A program made the position numbers and the translations under genes. A stretch of 64,000 nucleotides of DNA from Lysobacteraceae bacterium (GTDB lineage: Bacteria > Pseudomonadota > Gammaproteobacteria > Xanthomonadales > Xanthomonadaceae): contig JANINR010000005.1 in NCBI GenBank assembly GCA_024508915.1, forward strand, positions 1,169 to 65,168. Direction: 5' to 3'. This document shows, piece by piece, positions 44,876 through 54,342 of this stretch. The notes beneath the pieces are model-generated. The model ran no database searches. It was not told the origin of the DNA and worked only from the letters and a program-made list of their open reading frames with translations. The stretch's first letter is position 1. Each line of letters begins with the position of its first letter.

Positions 44876-45484
44876 CTACAGGGGAGTTTCGAGGGCGGTG
44901 GCGGTGCCGGCGAGCGCGGGCGACAGCCAGCAGTGCGAACCGAGCGGCGTGAAGCCCAGCGCCTCGAAGCGCCGGCGGTAGAAGCGCGCGGGGCGGGCGA
45001 GGAAGCCGTCCTCGTCGCCTTCGGCCTGGTCCTCCCGGGTGAAGGTTTCGAGGAAGGCCACGCCGCCGCAGAGCTCGGCGAGCCCCGGCAGGCCGCGGTC
45101 CAGCGCGCGGGTCGCCACGTAATGCATCACGTCGCTGCAGACCAGGAGGTCGGCGGGCGCGCAGGGGCGCAGCAGGCCGAAGTCCTCGAAACGCGCCAGG
45201 TGCAGGTTGCGGCTGCGCCCGTAGCGCGCGATCGCGTATTCGCTGGCGTCGAAGCCGATGTAGCGGAGCCCGGGTCGCAGCTTCAGCAGCGGCGCGCGCC
45301 ACGGGCCTTCGCCGCAGCCGATGTCGAGCACCGTGCGCACCGGCCGCTCCAGGTGGTATTCGGCCGTCGCGAGGGCGAGCGCCACCTTGCGGGCGAGTCG
45401 TCGCGCGCCGCCGATGCCGCCGCCCCGGTACCAGCGGTCGAAGTAGGCGCGGTCGTAGCGCTTGGGGAGTTGCGTCGTGGCCAT
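44876..45484 (-). CDS. class I SAM-dependent methyltransferase
   Basis: VLDIGCGEGPW (motif I); DLLVCSDVMHYV. Confidence 0.85.
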   Translation of the reverse strand: MATTQLPKRYDRAYFDRWYRGGGIGGARRLARKVALALATAEYHLERPVRTVLDIGCGEGPWRAPLLKLRPGLRYIGFDASEYAIARYGRSRNLHLARFEDFGLLRPCAPADLLVCSDVMHYVATRALDRGLPGLAELCGGVAFLETFTREDQAEGDEDGFLARPARFYRRRFEALGFTPLGSHCWLSPALAGTATALETPL

Positions 45485-45532
45485 CGTGGCATCCTATCTC
45501 GGTGCCGGCCCCTGCCGGCGGGGAGCCGACGC

Positions 45533-45988
45533 ATGCACGCCTACCTGATCGCCAAGACCGCGCACCTGTTCTTCGTGTTCGCCTTCGTCGCGTCGGCGTT
45601 CTACCTGCCGCGCATCCTCGTCAACCTGGCCGAGTCGCGCGACGACGGACCCGCGGTCCGCGCGCGACTCATGCTGATGGGGCGCCGGCTGTACCGCTTC
45701 GGCCACGTCATGTTCGGGCTGGCGTTGCTGCTCGGCGTGCTGCTGTGGCTGGGCTACCGGGTATTCCCCGGCTTCCCGACCATGGTCGCGCCGGGCAGCG
45801 GCTGGCTGCACGCCAAGCTCGGCGCGGTGGTGCTGATGCTCGTGCACTTCGTCGTCGGCGGCCGCTGGCTCAAGGGCCTCGACCAGGGCCGCGCCCTGCC
45901 GTCGGCGGGCACCCTGCGCTGGTTCAACGAACTGCCGATCGTGCTGCTGGTGGCGATCATCTGGCTGGTGCTGGCGAAGCCGTTCTGA
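45533..45988 (+). CDS. hemJ: HemJ-family protoporphyrinogen oxidase-like membrane protein (CopD-like/UPF0093)
   Basis: 151 aa with 4 TM segments. AHLFFVFAFVASAFYLPRILV, GWLHAKL, RWFNELP and the C-terminal ending KPF match the HemJ pattern. Confidence 0.8.
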   Translation: MHAYLIAKTAHLFFVFAFVASAFYLPRILVNLAESRDDGPAVRARLMLMGRRLYRFGHVMFGLALLLGVLLWLGYRVFPGFPTMVAPGSGWLHAKLGAVVLMLVHFVVGGRWLKGLDQGRALPSAGTLRWFNELPIVLLVAIIWLVLAKPF

Positions 45989-47612
45989 ACGCCGCCGGGT
46001 CGGGCAGCGACACCGGCACGCCGTTCGCGTCGCAACCGCCCTTCGCGCACAGTGCGCCGCGCAGCCGCGGCGTGGCCTGCAGCATCAGGTGGAAGAGCGT
46101 GTTCTGTTCCAGGCTGCCGCGCACCGCGCCCGCGCCGGGGCCGCGCGCCCACACGCCCACGTCGTCGCCGCCATGGCTCTCCGCCGTCAATGCGACCAAC
46201 GCCTGCTGCTGGAAATCGGGAGCGGTCGTGTCGACCCCGGTCAGGTCCGCGCGCGGGGCGCCGCCCTTCGGGCGTCCCGGCCCGTTGGCATAGGCAAGCG
46301 CGGTGTAGGGCCGCCCGTCGGCGTCGAGGGCGAGCGCCGTGCCGCCGTCGCGGGTGCGCCTCACGACCTTGCCGAGGATCGGGTTGCCGCGCACCGGATA
46401 GCCGGCGAACGACAGGGTGTGCGAATGGTCCGCCGTTACCAGGATCAGCGTGTCGGCGGCGGAGGTCATCGCGTCCGCCACGGCCACCGCCTCGGACATC
46501 GCGATCGTCTCGTCGAGCGCCCGGTACGCGTTGCCCTCGTGGTGCGCGTAGTCGATGAGCGCGCCCTCGACCAGCAGCACGTAGCCGCGTCCCTGCGCCT
46601 GCGCCTGCAGCCGCGCGATCGCGGCGCGCGTCATCTCGGCCAGGCTCGGCGCGCCGGCGCGGTCCCGCGCGGCGTCCTGCACGTACTGCATGCGATCGGG
46701 CTCGAACAGGCCGAGCAGCGGCGCTCCCGCCGGCGCGGCGGCGAACTGCGCGGCGTTCCAGGCGTAGGCGCCGCCGGGGTGGCGCGCCTGCCACGCGGCG
46801 ACGAGGTCGCGGCCGTCGCTGCGTTGGCCGCGGAGGTCCGGGTACTCGGGATCCGCCTGCGTGGACGGCATGAAGTTGCCGCGGCCGCCGCCCAGCAGGA
46901 CGTCGGGGCCGCGTCCGAACGGTGATTCCACCATCTGTCGCGCGATGTCGGTGCAGGCCGCGGTGCCCGCGACCTTCGCCATGAGCGTGTCGTTTTCCCA
47001 GCCGCGATCCGCGGCGTGCGCGAACGTGGCCGCGGGCGTGGCGTGGGTCAGCTTGGTGGTGGTGACGACGCCCGTCGCCATGCCGCTGGCCGCGGCGAGT
47101 TCCCAAAGGGTGAGCATCGGCGCGGCGCGTCCCGCGTCGCAGTCGTAGCGCGGCGCCTCCGGGCCGACACTGATCACGCCGTAGCGCGTCTTCACGCCGG
47201 TCGCCATCGCCGACATCGTGCCCGCCGAGTCCGGCACCTGCGTGTCGGTGTTGTAGGTGCGACTGAATGCGGTGTCCGGGAAACCTTCCCAGGCGAGCAG
47301 GGTGCCTTCGCCGGGCGCGCCCTGGCGTTGCCCGGCGAGGATGCGCGCCGCCGCCACTGTCGGAAGGCTCATGCCGTCGCCGACGAACAGGATCACGTTC
47401 GTGGCGCGCCCTTGCATCGCGCCGCGAGCGGCCGCCTGCGATGCGCCGAGGCGGAACCACCACGCGGCCGTTTCGCCGCCGGGATGGTCGACGACGGGCA
47501 CCTCGACCGAGGGCGTGGACGGGGCGACCGGAGCGGACGTGCAGGCGGCCAGGAGCGTCGCGAGGCTTGCGGCGAGGGCGGGGCGCGAAGGCGCGGGCAT
47601 GGCGGCGGGCAT
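45957..47612 (-). CDS. phoA: alkaline phosphatase (PhoA family), lipoprotein
   Basis: LATLLAAC lipobox; FVGDGMS; active-site VPDSAGTMSAMATG. The 3' end overlaps hemJ by 32 nt (convergent). Confidence 0.9.
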   Translation of the reverse strand: MPAAMPAPSRPALAASLATLLAACTSAPVAPSTPSVEVPVVDHPGGETAAWWFRLGASQAAARGAMQGRATNVILFVGDGMSLPTVAAARILAGQRQGAPGEGTLLAWEGFPDTAFSRTYNTDTQVPDSAGTMSAMATGVKTRYGVISVGPEAPRYDCDAGRAAPMLTLWELAAASGMATGVVTTTKLTHATPAATFAHAADRGWENDTLMAKVAGTAACTDIARQMVESPFGRGPDVLLGGGRGNFMPSTQADPEYPDLRGQRSDGRDLVAAWQARHPGGAYAWNAAQFAAAPAGAPLLGLFEPDRMQYVQDAARDRAGAPSLAEMTRAAIARLQAQAQGRGYVLLVEGALIDYAHHEGNAYRALDETIAMSEAVAVADAMTSAADTLILVTADHSHTLSFAGYPVRGNPILGKVVRRTRDGGTALALDADGRPYTALAYANGPGRPKGGAPRADLTGVDTTAPDFQQQALVALTAESHGGDDVGVWARGPGAGAVRGSLEQNTLFHLMLQATPRLRGALCAKGGCDANGVPVSLPDPAAFRTASPAPAR

Positions 47613-47782
47613 GGCGGGATCCGGGCGTGCGTGATGCCGCGATCATCCCATGCGGCGCATGACGGTCGCCGCCGCGTCCGTGCGCCGGCGCATCGTCGGC
47701 GGCGCGACAGCGTTCCATCCATGCACTCGCGCGGCCCGGCGGGCTTCGGCTATCGTGGCCGGACGCAATTTCCGGAATTCCG

Positions 47783-49132
47783 ATGAAGATCGTCTCGGCC
47801 TGGTTCCGCATTCCGTTCTGGCAGCGGGTGCTCGCGGGTTTCGTGCTCGGCGCGCTGGCCGGCTGGGCCTTCGGTCCCGCGGCGGACACCTGGTTCGGGC
47901 CGCTCGGCGATCTCTACGTCACGCTGATCAAGCTCATCGCGGCGCCGCTGGTGTTCTTCGCGGTGATCCACGCGGTGTCGTCGCTGCACGGGCAGAAGTC
48001 GATGGTCGCGCTCGGCGGGCGCACGTTCGCGTGGTTCGCCGGCACCGCGACGCTCGCGGTCGGCGTCGGCCTCTTGGTCGGCACGGTGCTGAAGCCGGGC
48101 GTCGGCGTCGGCGCGCTGTCGATCGCGTCGGACTACGTGCCCAAGGTCGTGCCGGATCCGGTCCGCGTGCTGCTCGACGTCGTGCCGAGCAACGCGTTCT
48201 ACGCGCTCACCGGCATCGGCACCACCACCAATGCCGCGGGCGAGACCGTGCTCGCCGCGGGCAAGGGCTCGATCCTGCCGGTGATCTTCATCGCCGCCCT
48301 CGTCGGCTTCGCGATGGTGAAGCTCGGCGACCGCGTCGCCGGCGCGCGCCGGCTGGCGGGCGAGGCGAGCGAGCTGATGATCCAGGTCACGCGCTTCGTG
48401 CTCGAGGTGACGCCGATCGGGACCTTCGGCCTGATCGCGGCGCTGGTCGGCTCGTACGGCTTCGAGAAGCTGCTGCCGCTCGGCAGCTTCGTCGTCGCGC
48501 TCTACCTGGCGTGCATCCTGCAGATCGTCGTGGTGTACGGCGGCCTGCTGCTCGCGCACGGGCTGAACCCGCTGAAGTTCTTCCGCGGCGCCGCGTCGGG
48601 CATGCAGGTCGCGTTCGTCAGCTCCTCGAGCTTCGCCTCGATGCCCGCGGCGCTGCGCAGCGTCACCCACAACCTCGGCGTGGACCGCGACTACGCGGCG
48701 TTCGCCGTGCCGCTGGGCGCGAGCATCAAGATGGACGGCTGCGGCGCGATCTACCCGGCGCTCGCGGCGGTCTTCATCTCGCAGTACACGGGCGTGGCGA
48801 TGACGGCCGACCAGTACTTCGTCGTGCTCATCGCCTCGGTGCTGGGCAGTTTCGGCACCGCGGGCGTGCCGGGCACCGCGGTCGTGATGGCCACGGTGGT
48901 GCTGAGCGCCGCGGGCCTGCCGCTGGAGGCGATCGGCTACCTGTACGCGATCGACCGCGTGCTCGACATGATGCGCACGATGACCAACGTCACCGGGCAG
49001 ATGCTGGTGCCGGTGCTGGTCGCGCGGGAAACGGGGTTGCTGGACCGGGAGGCGTACCAGGCCGCCTCGAGCAACCTGGGACTGGCGGAAGGCGAAGCCG
49101 CCGAGCCGCATCCGGTGCGGGAGGCCGCGTAG
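47783..49132 (+). CDS. dicarboxylate/amino acid:cation symporter (DAACS family)
   Basis: 449 aa with GltP/SstT-like TM architecture (LIAAPLVFFAVIHAVSSL, SSSFASMPA, GVPGTAVV). Confidence 0.92.
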   Translation: MKIVSAWFRIPFWQRVLAGFVLGALAGWAFGPAADTWFGPLGDLYVTLIKLIAAPLVFFAVIHAVSSLHGQKSMVALGGRTFAWFAGTATLAVGVGLLVGTVLKPGVGVGALSIASDYVPKVVPDPVRVLLDVVPSNAFYALTGIGTTTNAAGETVLAAGKGSILPVIFIAALVGFAMVKLGDRVAGARRLAGEASELMIQVTRFVLEVTPIGTFGLIAALVGSYGFEKLLPLGSFVVALYLACILQIVVVYGGLLLAHGLNPLKFFRGAASGMQVAFVSSSSFASMPAALRSVTHNLGVDRDYAAFAVPLGASIKMDGCGAIYPALAAVFISQYTGVAMTADQYFVVLIASVLGSFGTAGVPGTAVVMATVVLSAAGLPLEAIGYLYAIDRVLDMMRTMTNVTGQMLVPVLVARETGLLDREAYQAASSNLGLAEGEAAEPHPVREAA

Positions 49133-49168
49133 CGCGCAGCGCGCGACGCGGCCCGGGCGAAGGCGGAC

Positions 49169-49951
49169 TCAGATCCCCGCGACGCGCCGCGCTTCGAGGA
49201 ACTTGGCGCCCCAGTAGCCGTCCAGGTTCGAGACGGTGACGTCCCGGCCGGTGCGCGGCGCATGCACGAAGCGGCCTTCGCCGAGGTAGATGCCGACATG
49301 GTCGACGCGGCCGCGGCGGCCGAAGAACACGAGGTCGCCCGGGACGAGGCTGGCACGGTCCACTTCCTTGCCGCTGCGCGCCATGTCGCGCGACACGCGC
49401 GGCAGTTCGATGCCCAGCGTGGTGCGGAACACGTAGCCGACCAGGCCGCTGCAGTCGAAGCCGTCGGTGGTGGTGCCGCCCCAGCGATAGGGCGTGCCGA
49501 GCAGGGTCAGGGCGCGCTGGAGCACGCTCTGGATCCGGCTGCCGGTGCCGGTGTCGGCGCTCGCCTCCGTGGCGTTGGCACCGGCCGCGGACGGCCGCGC
49601 CATGAGGCGGTTGATGTCGCTGGCGAGGAGCAGGGCGCGATCCGACATCTGCATCGGCTCGTCGAGCACCACGACCGCGTCGCGCAGGTCGCGGCCGTTG
49701 GCGCTGGCCGGTGCCGGCTTCGAGGCGGGCGCCATGGCGGCGCCCTGGCTGACCGCGGCGGCGGAGACGCCGGCGACGGAGGCGACCGGAAGTCCGGTGG
49801 CGGAAACGGAACCTGCGGCAGGGGCGGCGGCCGGCTGCAGCGCCCAGGCGGGCAATGCCGGTGCCGCAAACAGGCAGGCGCACAGCAGCGCGGCAGCCCG
49901 CGGGCGGCGGGTGGCGGTGAAGCGGCCTGTGGTCTGGTTGGGTGTCGTCAC
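49169..49951 (-). CDS. C40 (NlpC/P60) family peptidase
   Basis: LGTPYRWGGTTTDGFDCSGLVGYVF...DHVGIYLGEGRFVHAP (Cys-His catalytic pattern). GTG start, signal-like N-terminus. Confidence 0.88.
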   Translation of the reverse strand: MTTPNQTTGRFTATRRPRAAALLCACLFAAPALPAWALQPAAAPAAGSVSATGLPVASVAGVSAAAVSQGAAMAPASKPAPASANGRDLRDAVVVLDEPMQMSDRALLLASDINRLMARPSAAGANATEASADTGTGSRIQSVLQRALTLLGTPYRWGGTTTDGFDCSGLVGYVFRTTLGIELPRVSRDMARSGKEVDRASLVPGDLVFFGRRGRVDHVGIYLGEGRFVHAPRTGRDVTVSNLDGYWGAKFLEARRVAGI

Positions 49952-50057
49952 GCGGAATTGACAGGTGTGAGCAGGGCGTGATGTTGCCCGACCCCGCCGG
50001 ACCGTAGGTTCAAAATTCGTTAGGGTGACGTGAACCCGAGCGTGAATTTGCTCACGG

Positions 50058-50082
50058 ATTCAGCCAGATAGCGCATTCAGCC
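50058..50082. repeat. direct repeat ATTCAGCC x2 (17-nt period), next to GTGAA repeats, between tandem C40 genes
   Basis: ATTCAGCC at 50058-50065 and 50075-50082. GTGAA at 50030 and 50042. Palindrome GTGAatttgcTCAC at 50042-50055. Confidence 0.4.
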
Positions 50083-50607
50083 AGGGCCGCGGGCCCCCAG
50101 GATCCGCCGCGCGCCGCTGTAGTGGTCCCGCCACCAGGCCCCGTCGAGGCGGTCGAGGCGGACGGTCCCGCCGGTGTTCGGTGCGTGCACGAAACGGCCT
50201 TCCCCGACATAGATCCCGACGTGGCTGACCTGGCCGCCGTCGCCGAAGAACACCAGGTCGGCGGGCGCCAGGCGCTCCGGTGCGATGCGGGGCCCCTGCC
50301 AGGCGGCCAGCTCGCGCGAAGTCCGCGGCAGCCGCAGGTCGAGCATGTCGCGGTAGACGTAGTTGACGAGGCCGCTGCAGTCGAAGCCGCCTTCCGGCGT
50401 ATTGCCGCCGTAGCGGTAAGGCGTCCCGACCAGGCTGATCGCGCGCATGAGGACGGCGTTGGCGGCGTCGGGGTCGGCGGGCGCGTTCGTCGCCCAGTGG
50501 CGTGCGGGCGAGGCTCCGTCCCGGACGATTGCCGGGCCGCCGCACCCCGCCAGCAGCAGTGCCGGGGCGAGGACGAGGGACGCGAAGGCGGCGCCCGGGA
50601 TGGGCAC
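50077..50607 (-). CDS. C40 (NlpC/P60) family lipoprotein peptidase
   Basis: VGTPYRYGGNTPEGGFDCSGLVNYVY...SHVGIYVGEGRFVHAP. GTG at 50607 gives VPIPGAAFASLVLAPALLLAGC (lipobox). Alternative ATG at 50685. Confidence 0.85.
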   Translation of the reverse strand: MPIPGAAFASLVLAPALLLAGCGGPAIVRDGASPARHWATNAPADPDAANAVLMRAISLVGTPYRYGGNTPEGGFDCSGLVNYVYRDMLDLRLPRTSRELAAWQGPRIAPERLAPADLVFFGDGGQVSHVGIYVGEGRFVHAPNTGGTVRLDRLDGAWWRDHYSGARRILGARGPG

Positions 50608-50706
50608 GCGCCCTTGCGCCCCCCGCCGGCCGGTGAAGGCCGGGTTTGGCGTGCCGCCCCGCGAGCCCGGATAATGCGCCCCCATTCCGAGGATGCTAGC
50701 CGAGCC

Positions 50707-51186
50707 ATGAAGATCGAGAAAGACCGCGTCGTCCGCTTCCACTACGCCGTCGCCGAGCAGGGCGCCGAGCCGACGGAGAGCTCGCACGGGCGGGAGCCGC
50801 TGGCGATCCTCGCCGGGCACGGCAACATCATCCCGGGCCTGGAGAAGGCGATGGAAGGCCGCGAGGCGGGCGAGAAGTTCACCGTCGACGTGCCGGCCGC
50901 CGACGCCTACGGCGAGAAGCGCGAGGGCCTGACCCAGCGCGTGCCGAAGAAGCACTTCGGCAACCAGCGCCTCGAGCCGGGCATGCAGGTCGTGCTCAAC
51001 ACGAACTTCGGCCCGCGCGCCGTGACGATCGAGAAGGTCGGGATGAGCGTGGTCGACGTCGACCTCAACCATCCGATGGCGGGGAAGGACCTGCACTTCG
51101 ACATCGAGGTGGTGGACGTGCGCGAGGCCACCCCGGAGGAACTCGAGCACGGGCACGTGCACGGCGACGGCGGCCACCACCACTGA
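50707..51186 (+). CDS. slyD: FKBP-type peptidyl-prolyl isomerase SlyD
   Basis: MKIEKDRVVRFHYAV...LNHPMAGKDLHFDIEVVDVREAT plus a His-rich tail HGHVHGDGGHHH. Confidence 0.92.
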   Translation: MKIEKDRVVRFHYAVAEQGAEPTESSHGREPLAILAGHGNIIPGLEKAMEGREAGEKFTVDVPAADAYGEKREGLTQRVPKKHFGNQRLEPGMQVVLNTNFGPRAVTIEKVGMSVVDVDLNHPMAGKDLHFDIEVVDVREATPEELEHGHVHGDGGHHH

Positions 51187-51212
51187 CCGCGTCGACCCTG
51201 CGCCGAGACGAA

Positions 51213-51238
51213 AAACGGCCCGCGCGAGCGGGCCGTTT
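51213..51238. terminator. bidirectional rho-independent terminator between slyD and the M4 protease gene
   Basis: AAACGGCCCGC-gcga-GCGGGCCGTTT: perfect 11-bp stem, with an A-run on one side and a T-run on the other. Confidence 0.7.
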
Positions 51239-51259
51239 CCGTTTCCGGTGCCACCTGCG

Positions 51260-52867
51260 TCAGTTGACGCCGACCGCGCTCCACGCCGAAGCGACGCCGT
51301 TGTACTGCGCCGAGCCCGGACCGTACAGGTCGGACGCGGCGCTCAGCGTCGCGGCGCGCGCGCCGGCGTAGTTGGTGTTGGACGTCATGTACACGGTCAG
51401 CGCGCGGTACCAGATGCGCTGCGCGGCGTCGCGGCCGATGCGGCCGGCGGCAGTATTGCCGTTGCAGACCAGCTGGGCCGGGCTGAGGCTGGAGAACCCG
51501 GCCGGTACGGTCGCGCCTTCCGCCATCACGTAGAACGCGTGGTTGGCCACGCCCGAGCTGTAGTGCACGTCGAGGCTGCCGATGTTGCTGCCGTAGCAGT
51601 CCGGCGAGCTGCCGTCGAGGCTGGGCTTGAACATGTAGCGCAGCGCCTTGGTGCCCGAGGGGTTGGTGACGTACAACTCCTCTCCGATCATGTAGTCGGG
51701 CGTGTCGTTGGCGTTGTTCGAGTAGAACTCGACCATCGTGCCGAAGATGTCCGACGTCGCCTCGTTCAGGCCCCCGGATTCGCCCGAGTAGGTGAGGTCG
51801 GCGGAGCGCGAGGTGACGCCGTGCGACATCTCGTGGCCGGCGACGTCGATGTCGACGAGCGGGTAGATCGAACCGCCGCCATCGCCGAAGGTCATGCAGA
51901 AGCAGCTGTCGGACCAGAACGCGTTGCCGTAGTTGCGGCCGTAGTGGACGCGGCTCAGCGCCCCCTTGCCGTCGTTGGCGATGCCGTTGCGGCCGTGCAC
52001 GTTCCGGTAGTAGTCCCAGGTCTCGGCGACGCCGTAGTGCGCGTCCGCGGCGACGGTGGCGCGGTCGGAGGTGGTGTTGTTGCCCCAGTTGTTGTCGGCG
52101 TCGCCCATGATGGTGCCGCTGCCGTTGGTGCGGTTGGCCATGTCCGTGGTGTAGCCGCCGCCGCGCGCGAGGTCCTTCATCTGGTAGCTGCCGTCGCTGC
52201 ATCGCGCGGTGTTGATCGCCACGTCGCCCGAGAACAGCGACTGGCCGATGCCGCTGGCCGCGGTGGTGCAGGTCGTGCCGCCGCCGCCGCCGGGCTTGGC
52301 GGTCTCGATGCCGTCGAAGCGGTCGAGGATGGCGCCGCTGGCAGCGTCGACGAAGTAGTGCATCTCGGTCGGGGTCTGGTCGGCGCGCATGCCGTTCATC
52401 ACCACCTCCCAGGCCAGGACGGGCTGCGCGCCGCGCGCGTACACGACCTTGCGGGCGGTGGGCACGCCTTCGAAGCCGGTGCCGAATTCCGCGCCGGCGG
52501 CCACGATGGCGGCATCGCGGCCGACGCGGCCTTCGCCGCCCGGGCGCAGCGCGCTGCGCAGGGTGAGGCTCGCGCCGCGGAACTGCCCGTTGCGGGAATG
52601 CACCACGACGTCGCCGCCGATCACCGGCAGGCCGCGCCAGGTGCGGTCGAAGCGCACGTGTTCGGTGCCGTCGGCGTCGACGACGAGGTCGCGGGCGGCG
52701 AAGGCGTCCGCCGCCGCGCGATGCAGGGTGGAGGCGTGGCCGTCGATCAGGCCGCTGGCGCGGGAGACGGCGGGCGAGCCGCCGGGAACGGCAGCCAGGG
52801 CGGAGACGGGAAGCGCGAGCGCAGCCGTGACGGCGACGCCCAGGAGACGGGCTTCGAAGCGATGCAT
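51260..52867 (-). CDS. secreted M4 (thermolysin/pseudolysin-like) metalloprotease
   Basis: Signal peptide MHRFEARLLGVAVTAALALPVSALA; VAGHEMSHGVT (HExxH); GGLNEATSDIFG. Confidence 0.92.
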   Translation of the reverse strand: MHRFEARLLGVAVTAALALPVSALAAVPGGSPAVSRASGLIDGHASTLHRAAADAFAARDLVVDADGTEHVRFDRTWRGLPVIGGDVVVHSRNGQFRGASLTLRSALRPGGEGRVGRDAAIVAAGAEFGTGFEGVPTARKVVYARGAQPVLAWEVVMNGMRADQTPTEMHYFVDAASGAILDRFDGIETAKPGGGGGTTCTTAASGIGQSLFSGDVAINTARCSDGSYQMKDLARGGGYTTDMANRTNGSGTIMGDADNNWGNNTTSDRATVAADAHYGVAETWDYYRNVHGRNGIANDGKGALSRVHYGRNYGNAFWSDSCFCMTFGDGGGSIYPLVDIDVAGHEMSHGVTSRSADLTYSGESGGLNEATSDIFGTMVEFYSNNANDTPDYMIGEELYVTNPSGTKALRYMFKPSLDGSSPDCYGSNIGSLDVHYSSGVANHAFYVMAEGATVPAGFSSLSPAQLVCNGNTAAGRIGRDAAQRIWYRALTVYMTSNTNYAGARAATLSAASDLYGPGSAQYNGVASAWSAVGVN

Positions 52868-53079
52868 CCTGATGAACCCCCAAGTGGGAAGACGGAAGTG
52901 CCGGCCGGGGCCGGAAGCGGTCGGGGGTCGCGGCAGCGGCCACCGACGGGCGAAAATAGGCAGCGCATTTCGCGCAAGTCATGCTGCGTTGCGGTAGCCT
53001 GTAAATGGAAACGCATACATCTATTTGAATGGGCCGGATCCGTCTTCGGCGCACACAAAACGGGGAGTCGTTTGCTGCG

Positions 53080-54342
53080 ATGCAGAACGAAGTTGCGGAC
53101 GTGGTCGTGGTCGGCGCGGGCGTGGTCGGCCTCGCGACGGCGCTGGCGCTGCTCGAGCGCGGGCGCTCGGTGCGGGTGGTGGACGCGGGCACCGTCGGGT
53201 GCGGCAGTTCGCACGGCAACTGCGGAACGCTGACCCCGAGCCACGCGCTGCCGCTCGCCGCGCCGGGGCAGGTGGCGCGCGCGATGCGCTGGATGCTCAC
53301 GCCGGATGCGCCGCTCTACCTGAAGCCGCGCTTCGATCCCGCGTTGTGGTCGTGGCTGCTGCGCTTCGCATCGCGCTGCAACCACGCGGCGATGATGCGC
53401 AGCGGCGCCGCGCGCGCCGCGCTGCTGCAGGCGTCGCGCGACGCGTTCCCCGGCTTCCTGGCGCGGCACCGCATCGATTGCGAATTCGCCGAGACCGGCA
53501 CCGACCACGTGTTCCGCGATCCGCGCGCGCTGGAGGCCTACCGCGCCGAGCTCGCCGCCCTGGCCGAGCTGGGCATCCGCAGCGAGATCATCGACGGCCC
53601 CGCCTACGAGCGCGAGGAACCCGCGGTCCGTCCCGGCGTGGCGGCCACGGTGCGCTTCCCCGGCGACGCCAGCCTGCGCCCGGACTGGTACGTCGCCGGG
53701 CTCGCGCGCGCCGTGCGCGACGCGGGCGGCACGATCGACGAGCGGCGCGAGGTGCTCGGCATCGCGCAGGCGCGCGACGGTTCAGTGCGGGTCGAGACGA
53801 CGTCGGGCGCGCTCGCGTGCGACGACGTGGTGCTCGCCGTCGGCGCCTGGTCGCCGCGCCTGGCGAAGCGGCTCGACGTGCCGTTCCTCGCCCGCGCCAT
53901 GCAGCCGGGCAAGGGATATTCGATCACCTACGACCGACCGGCGCTTGCGCCGCGCAGGCCGGTGACGCTGCAGGAGCGCAGCGTGTGCGTGAGCAGCTGG
54001 GGCAGCGGCTACCGCCTCGGCAGCACGATGGAGTTCTCCGGCTTCGACACCAGCCTCAACCGGCGCCGCCTCGATGCGCTGGAACGCGCGGCGCGCGAAT
54101 ACCTGCACGACGGCGTCGGTCCCGCGCGCCGCGAGGAATGGTACGGCTGGCGGCCGATGTCGGTGGACGACGTGCCGCTGCTCGGCCCCGTCCCCGGGCG
54201 GCCGCGGCAATGGCTCGCGACCGGCCACGGCATGCTCGGCGTGAGCATGAGCATCGCCACCGCGGACCTGGTCGCCGACCTCGTGTGCGGCCGCGCGCCG
54301 GCGTTCGATCCCGCTCCGTACCGGCCGGAACGGCTGGCGTGA
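53080..54342 (+). CDS. FAD-dependent oxidoreductase (D-amino-acid dehydrogenase DadA-like)
   Basis: VVVVGAGVVGLATALALLERG dinucleotide fold; SHGNCG; C-terminal GHGMLG. ATG at 53080. Confidence 0.85.
   Translation: MQNEVADVVVVGAGVVGLATALALLERGRSVRVVDAGTVGCGSSHGNCGTLTPSHALPLAAPGQVARAMRWMLTPDAPLYLKPRFDPALWSWLLRFASRCNHAAMMRSGAARAALLQASRDAFPGFLARHRIDCEFAETGTDHVFRDPRALEAYRAELAALAELGIRSEIIDGPAYEREEPAVRPGVAATVRFPGDASLRPDWYVAGLARAVRDAGGTIDERREVLGIAQARDGSVRVETTSGALACDDVVLAVGAWSPRLAKRLDVPFLARAMQPGKGYSITYDRPALAPRRPVTLQERSVCVSSWGSGYRLGSTMEFSGFDTSLNRRRLDALERAAREYLHDGVGPARREEWYGWRPMSVDDVPLLGPVPGRPRQWLATGHGMLGVSMSIATADLVADLVCGRAPAFDPAPYRPERLA

Noticed and set aside
50608-50685. Upstream ATG (50685) as start of the second C40 peptidase
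   Set aside because: It would add MGAHYPGSRGGTPNPAFTGRRGAQGR before the lipoprotein signal and leave only 21 nt to divergent slyD. GTG at 50607 gives a clean lipobox leader. This is not fully excluded.
52872-52997. 41-codon ORF (MNPQVGRRKCRPG...) in the M4/DadA-like divergent region
   Set aside because: It has basic low-complexity translation and no SD, and it lies in a promoter region.
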